From NCBI GenBank assembly GCA_015069615.1, contig SVIF01000004.1, forward strand, positions 6,270 through 70,269: DNA of 64,000 bases, in the 5' to 3' direction. Below the pieces are notes generated by a model. That model searched no databases, was not told where the DNA came from, and saw nothing but the letters and a program-made list of their open reading frames with translations. Shown one piece after another: positions 60,448 through 64,000 of this stretch; the stretch's first letter is position 1, and each line of letters opens with the position of its first letter. The translations under genes were made by a program, and so were the position numbers. This DNA comes from Clostridiales bacterium (GTDB lineage Bacteria; Bacillota; Clostridia; Christensenellales; Borkfalkiaceae).

Positions 60448-62616
60448 TTATTTTCGCTTGTACACTAGTTTGGATACGTCGCTACTAGCAAAGAAATCAT
60501 ACTTATACAACATTTCAAACTTTTCTTGTTTTGCAAGATAGTTGGCAGCACCCAGTTTGAATTCGTACACCGCTTTCGCATTTCCCGTATCCCCGTATAA
60601 AATTTCATCCCCGTCTAAAGAGAAGTATTTATCGCTTAACATCCCGCCTTCACGCGAAATAAAGGTAATATCCGGTGTGTGCGAGAACATACTGCTACCC
60701 ATATACAACCCGCGGTTGAAGGTGTAGCCCAATAAATCCAGCGTAGTAGGCACGATATCAAAGGTTGTGGTACAACGCGTGGTGTTCGTTAAACGGGTTA
60801 AGGGGAAGGTTTCATCCCCGGCATGCGTAAAGCCCGTTGCGGGGATATGTAAGGGGCTTTTCCCCGAATACATACCGAATAAAACGCGATATGATTCAGG
60901 CACTTCATATTGCCCTTTGGGAATCCCTTTCATATAGTACTGTTGGTCGTTATAATATGCGTTATGGTCGCCGTACATCAATATCGTGGTATTCTCTAAA
61001 AGCCCGTTTTCTTTTAAGTGGTCTAAAAGCAACGCCACACCGCGATCCAAATCCATCATACCCGCTTGATAACGCTTATAGCGAAGATAACGGGTATATA
61101 TATCCGCATCTCTACCCGAAACTACCTTTCCGTTTTCGTCAAGCAATCCGTTTACCGCAAGTTGTTCCTTAAACTTCGTTTTAAAATATGCTTGCGTGAT
61201 TTGCTCATAGTAAGGCTCCAAACCCTTAACCATATACTTTTCCGCACGTTCGGCTTTTTGTTCATCCGTTAAGTAGTTAGCATAATCACCATAAGCTATC
61301 AGCTCTTCATAATGACCGTGAGTAATTAACGTGGTAATAAAGGTGTAGAAGGGGTTTCCATCCGTAGGCGCAATTTTATCTAAATTTTTACCAAACAGTT
61401 CGCTATCTAGCTCAAAGTTATAAAAATCCTTTTTCTTATTCTCAGAAGAATCCAAATCCATATCTTCTAAAGCGTAGAAGTTTTCAAAGCCGTAAACCCC
61501 GTGGGTATCTTCCCTGCCGTAATACGAACCCCAGTTGCTATGTAAAAAGGAAGTAGTGTATCCATCTGCCTTTAAAATGGAAGGCAACGTAAAGGATAGA
61601 GTGTTCCCAAGCAAAGTATCGTTTGAAGTGTAATTGCTGGTAAAGGGGGTTTCTACGGGGTAAGAACCCAAAATAGCAATCGCCTCGCTATGATTCGTCT
61701 TATCCCGCGAATAATATTTTTCATTTTTATAACCTTGGTTCATCAAAGCATATAAGGTGGGGGTAAAATTAGGGTCTATTCCGTACCATTCACCAGATTC
61801 AACCATGATGGTAATTATATTTTGTCCCTTTAAAATACCTGAGTAAGAGGACGCCGTGCTGGTAGGCTGCGTTACAAAATAATTTGCAAGCTCGTCTTGT
61901 GCCATTTCTGTTTCTTCAGCATCCATGTTGCCCGAACTAAGTTTAGCAGATAGGATTCTATCTAGCGACATATAATAAAAGGCAAAGGTTCCAAATTTAG
62001 GAAAAGCCCTTTCTTGCAAGGAGGTAAAATGGTCGTACAAATACTTATCGCTAGTTAAACGATACAAAAGTGGGTCTTCCATCTCCGTAGGATTGTATAG
62101 ATTTTTTACCGTTAGATTATACATGGCGGAAGAACCTAAACACGTACAAGCAAAGGTGAAAACCATTATAAAAATCAAATTATGCGCGCCGTTATAGGGA
62201 ACGCGGTATTTCTTCAAGAAAATCAAAAGAGCAACTGCAACGGCAGGTATGGCAAGCAGCAAAAAGAAAAAACCCCAATCCATAAATTCACTAGTAAACG
62301 CCCCTGCCGCTTCGTTAGCAAGCCCAAGCATTTCCAGCTTAAACACACTACCTACCTGAATTGTGTTTAAGGTGTAATTTAAAAAGGATAAGATAAACTG
62401 CAAAAGCAATAAAAATACGATAAGTATGGATTCCGCAGTAAAGGAAGGAATCACAAAAATGATGGTGGCAAACAAAAAAATGATAGAAAGGTCCAGCAAA
62501 AAATATTTGGGCGCAACGCCCAGTTTCATAGAAATAAAGGTAATCATTTCCATGAACACGGCCAGCACCACGTAAATTAGGACGTATAATCCTTTTTTTT
62601 GCAGAAGATCTTTCAT
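60448..62616 (-). CDS. LtaS-family sulfatase-like phosphoglycerol transferase (membrane anchored)
   Basis: Starts MKDLLQKKGLYVLIYV after a GGGGGAG RBS. It has five N-terminal TM helices followed by an extracellular sulfatase fold (ITIMVESGE..., HGH...). Confidence 0.7.
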   Translation of the reverse strand: MKDLLQKKGLYVLIYVVLAVFMEMITFISMKLGVAPKYFLLDLSIIFLFATIIFVIPSFTAESILIVFLLLLQFILSFLNYTLNTIQVGSVFKLEMLGLANEAAGAFTSEFMDWGFFFLLLAIPAVAVALLIFLKKYRVPYNGAHNLIFIMVFTFACTCLGSSAMYNLTVKNLYNPTEMEDPLLYRLTSDKYLYDHFTSLQERAFPKFGTFAFYYMSLDRILSAKLSSGNMDAEETEMAQDELANYFVTQPTSTASSYSGILKGQNIITIMVESGEWYGIDPNFTPTLYALMNQGYKNEKYYSRDKTNHSEAIAILGSYPVETPFTSNYTSNDTLLGNTLSFTLPSILKADGYTTSFLHSNWGSYYGREDTHGVYGFENFYALEDMDLDSSENKKKDFYNFELDSELFGKNLDKIAPTDGNPFYTFITTLITHGHYEELIAYGDYANYLTDEQKAERAEKYMVKGLEPYYEQITQAYFKTKFKEQLAVNGLLDENGKVVSGRDADIYTRYLRYKRYQAGMMDLDRGVALLLDHLKENGLLENTTILMYGDHNAYYNDQQYYMKGIPKGQYEVPESYRVLFGMYSGKSPLHIPATGFTHAGDETFPLTRLTNTTRCTTTFDIVPTTLDLLGYTFNRGLYMGSSMFSHTPDITFISREGGMLSDKYFSLDGDEILYGDTGNAKAVYEFKLGAANYLAKQEKFEMLYKYDFFASSDVSKLVYKRK

Positions 62617-62843
62617 TTGCTCCCCCAAAGAAACAATACTGATGCAATTATACCAAAACAGCGGTAAGAAAGCAACTATTTTGCGCGCGTGAGCGAACGA
62701 TTTTTCTTTTTTTATCACTGTTGCTTTATTTTTATACGGCAGTTTTCTTTTTGATCTATCTATCCTTTTCTCTTCCGCCTACGGCGGAACGCGTTTTCCT
62801 TTTCTTGCATACCATAATAAAGAACGCTTTATTTGAGGTGGTT

Positions 62844-63362
62844 ATGTTAGGATTATGCGTGGATTTACCCTACCCTTCGGTTGAAACGCTTTGCACGGAT
62901 ATTTCCGCTGCACACGCAATTAGCCCTGCATACGCAACCTTGCACGGAGAATTATCCGCCCTTCTTTCATACGTTTATTACGCCTACTATTTTGAAAAGG
63001 AAGGATTACGCGAATATGCGGAAACCATTTCACAAATTGCCCTTTGTGAAATGGGACATTTTCGGCTTTTGGGAAAGGCCTTGCTACAACTGGGTATAGA
63101 CCCCGTTTACACGGCGATCCCCCCTAACTTTACACGCTTTTATACCACCGGAGAACTGTCCTACTTTAAGCGCCCGCAACAAATGCTACTTGACAGTATT
63201 TCGGGAGAAATGCAAGCGATTGCAGAGTATAAAAATATGCAAAAACGCTTAAAAAACGAAGACGTATCCACCCTAATTGCACGCATACTGCTTGACGAGC
63301 AACTGCATTTAGACACGTTGAACGACCTATACCGTAAGCTACCCAAAACCAAAGTGCGGTAA
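62844..63362 (+). CDS. Ferritin-like diiron protein (Mn-catalase/CotJC-like family)
   Basis: 172 aa from MLGLCVDLPYP after a GAGGTG RBS. Paired E..H motifs (CEMGHFRLL, DEQLHLDTL) and GELSALLSYVYYAY resemble CotJC. Confidence 0.5.
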   Translation: MLGLCVDLPYPSVETLCTDISAAHAISPAYATLHGELSALLSYVYYAYYFEKEGLREYAETISQIALCEMGHFRLLGKALLQLGIDPVYTAIPPNFTRFYTTGELSYFKRPQQMLLDSISGEMQAIAEYKNMQKRLKNEDVSTLIARILLDEQLHLDTLNDLYRKLPKTKVR

Positions 63363-63420
63363 TTTGCCGAAAAAGAGATTTTGCCGTTTTCTCCTTGCGG
63401 CAACCTTTTTCTTACATAAC

Positions 63421-63454
63421 GAAGGCGGAAAAGAGTAACATCCTTTCCGCCTTC
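63421..63454. terminator. Hairpin terminator between the ferritin-like and hemW-like genes
   Basis: gaaggcggaaa / tttccgccttc followed by tatttttt on the plus strand. Confidence 0.5.
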
Positions 63455-63469
63455 TATTTTTTCTCCGTT

Positions 63470-64000
63470 TTAAGATAGGAGTTCGGCAACAATGCCGTCT
63501 TGTACGTAAAAATACTCGTCTTTTATTTTTACGCGCTCCCCTTCTACGTCCAAATACTTACCAATCCTACGCAATTTTTCCGCATAACGAAGGCTAAATG
63601 GTGCGCCGAACATTTTTTCATATTCCGCCTTTGCAAAGCCTTGTTCGGTGCGGAAAGCAAGCATAATAAATTCTTCTTCCGCTTCGCTTTCGCTAAGCCG
63701 TTCGCGAAACACTACGGGGGATTTTTCACCCGCAATACACATAGCGTATTCGCTTAAATTTTCGGTGTTGGAAAAGCGTTCCCCACCGTAAAAAGAGTGT
63801 GCCGCAATGCCGAAACCCAAGTATTCCCCGCGTTGCCAGTAGTTTAGGTTGTGCCGGGATTCTTTGCCTTTTAAGGCAAAGTTACTGATTTCGTAGCGGT
63901 GAAAACCCCTGTTTTTTAGGTATTCCACAGCGGTATGGTATAGGTCTGCAGTTTCATCACTATCTGGAAGTTCCCCGTTCAAATAATCGGTGTAAAGGGG
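63470..64000 (-). CDS. hemW: Radical SAM heme chaperone HemW / HemN-like, C-terminal part (gene runs off the right edge)
   Basis: The HemN_C pattern GFHRYEISNFALKGKESRHNLNYWQRGEYLGFGIAAHSF is present. The reading frame stays open to position 64000. Confidence 0.75.
   Translation of the reverse strand, partial: PLYTDYLNGELPDSDETADLYHTAVEYLKNRGFHRYEISNFALKGKESRHNLNYWQRGEYLGFGIAAHSFYGGERFSNTENLSEYAMCIAGEKSPVVFRERLSESEAEEEFIMLAFRTEQGFAKAEYEKMFGAPFSLRYAEKLRRIGKYLDVEGERVKIKDEYFYVQDGIVAELLS

Overview
This 64 kb chromosomal window comes from an endospore-forming Firmicute (Clostridia-like). The assignment rests on spoIVA, spoIIGA-sigE-sigG-ylmC and Gram-positive sigmaA-type promoters. Almost all genes from 1 to 46.7 kb lie on the minus strand. 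I recognised these blocks, left to right:
- gdhA 5' end.
- A lysine-riboswitch-controlled dapA-dapB-ddh-lysA operon.
- An AraC regulator and two tandem PHP-domain paralogs.
- A 13 kb type IV pilus (T4P) locus: pilB, pilC, pilD, a PilM-like gene, three minor or pseudo-pilins and pilA. It is headed by a 1,632-aa protein that has a canonical prepilin N-terminus fused to six CBM-like modules.
- A six-gene tRNA array (Gly, Arg, His, Gln, Lys, Lys). A duplicated tRNA-Lys 3' end plus terminator lies beside the pilus locus.
- yfcE-like and rdgB genes, a low-GC licD cassette that left an rdgB relic, and a GH32 gene.
- A 1,799-aa BspA-LRR / Listeria-Bacteroides-repeat lipoprotein.
- spoIVA, plsY, der, fumC and a type III glutamine synthetase.
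- A 2,260-aa lipoprotein with a roughly 290-aa (VPSV)n spacer and an SGNH/SASA esterase domain, divergent from a GH78 rhamnosidase.
- A small XRE switch.
- The sporulation sigma cluster, valS, an NMT1-type ABC transporter, an LtaS-like gene, a ferritin-like gene and a partial hemW.

No CRISPR array, transposase, integrase or recognisable defence genes were seen. The most unusual content is the giant modular pilin and its pilus locus, the two giant lipid-anchored surface proteins, two families of intergenic hairpin repeats, and a terminator-containing structured leader upstream of the BspA-like gene. All calls come from reading the sequence and from motif memory. No database search was run.
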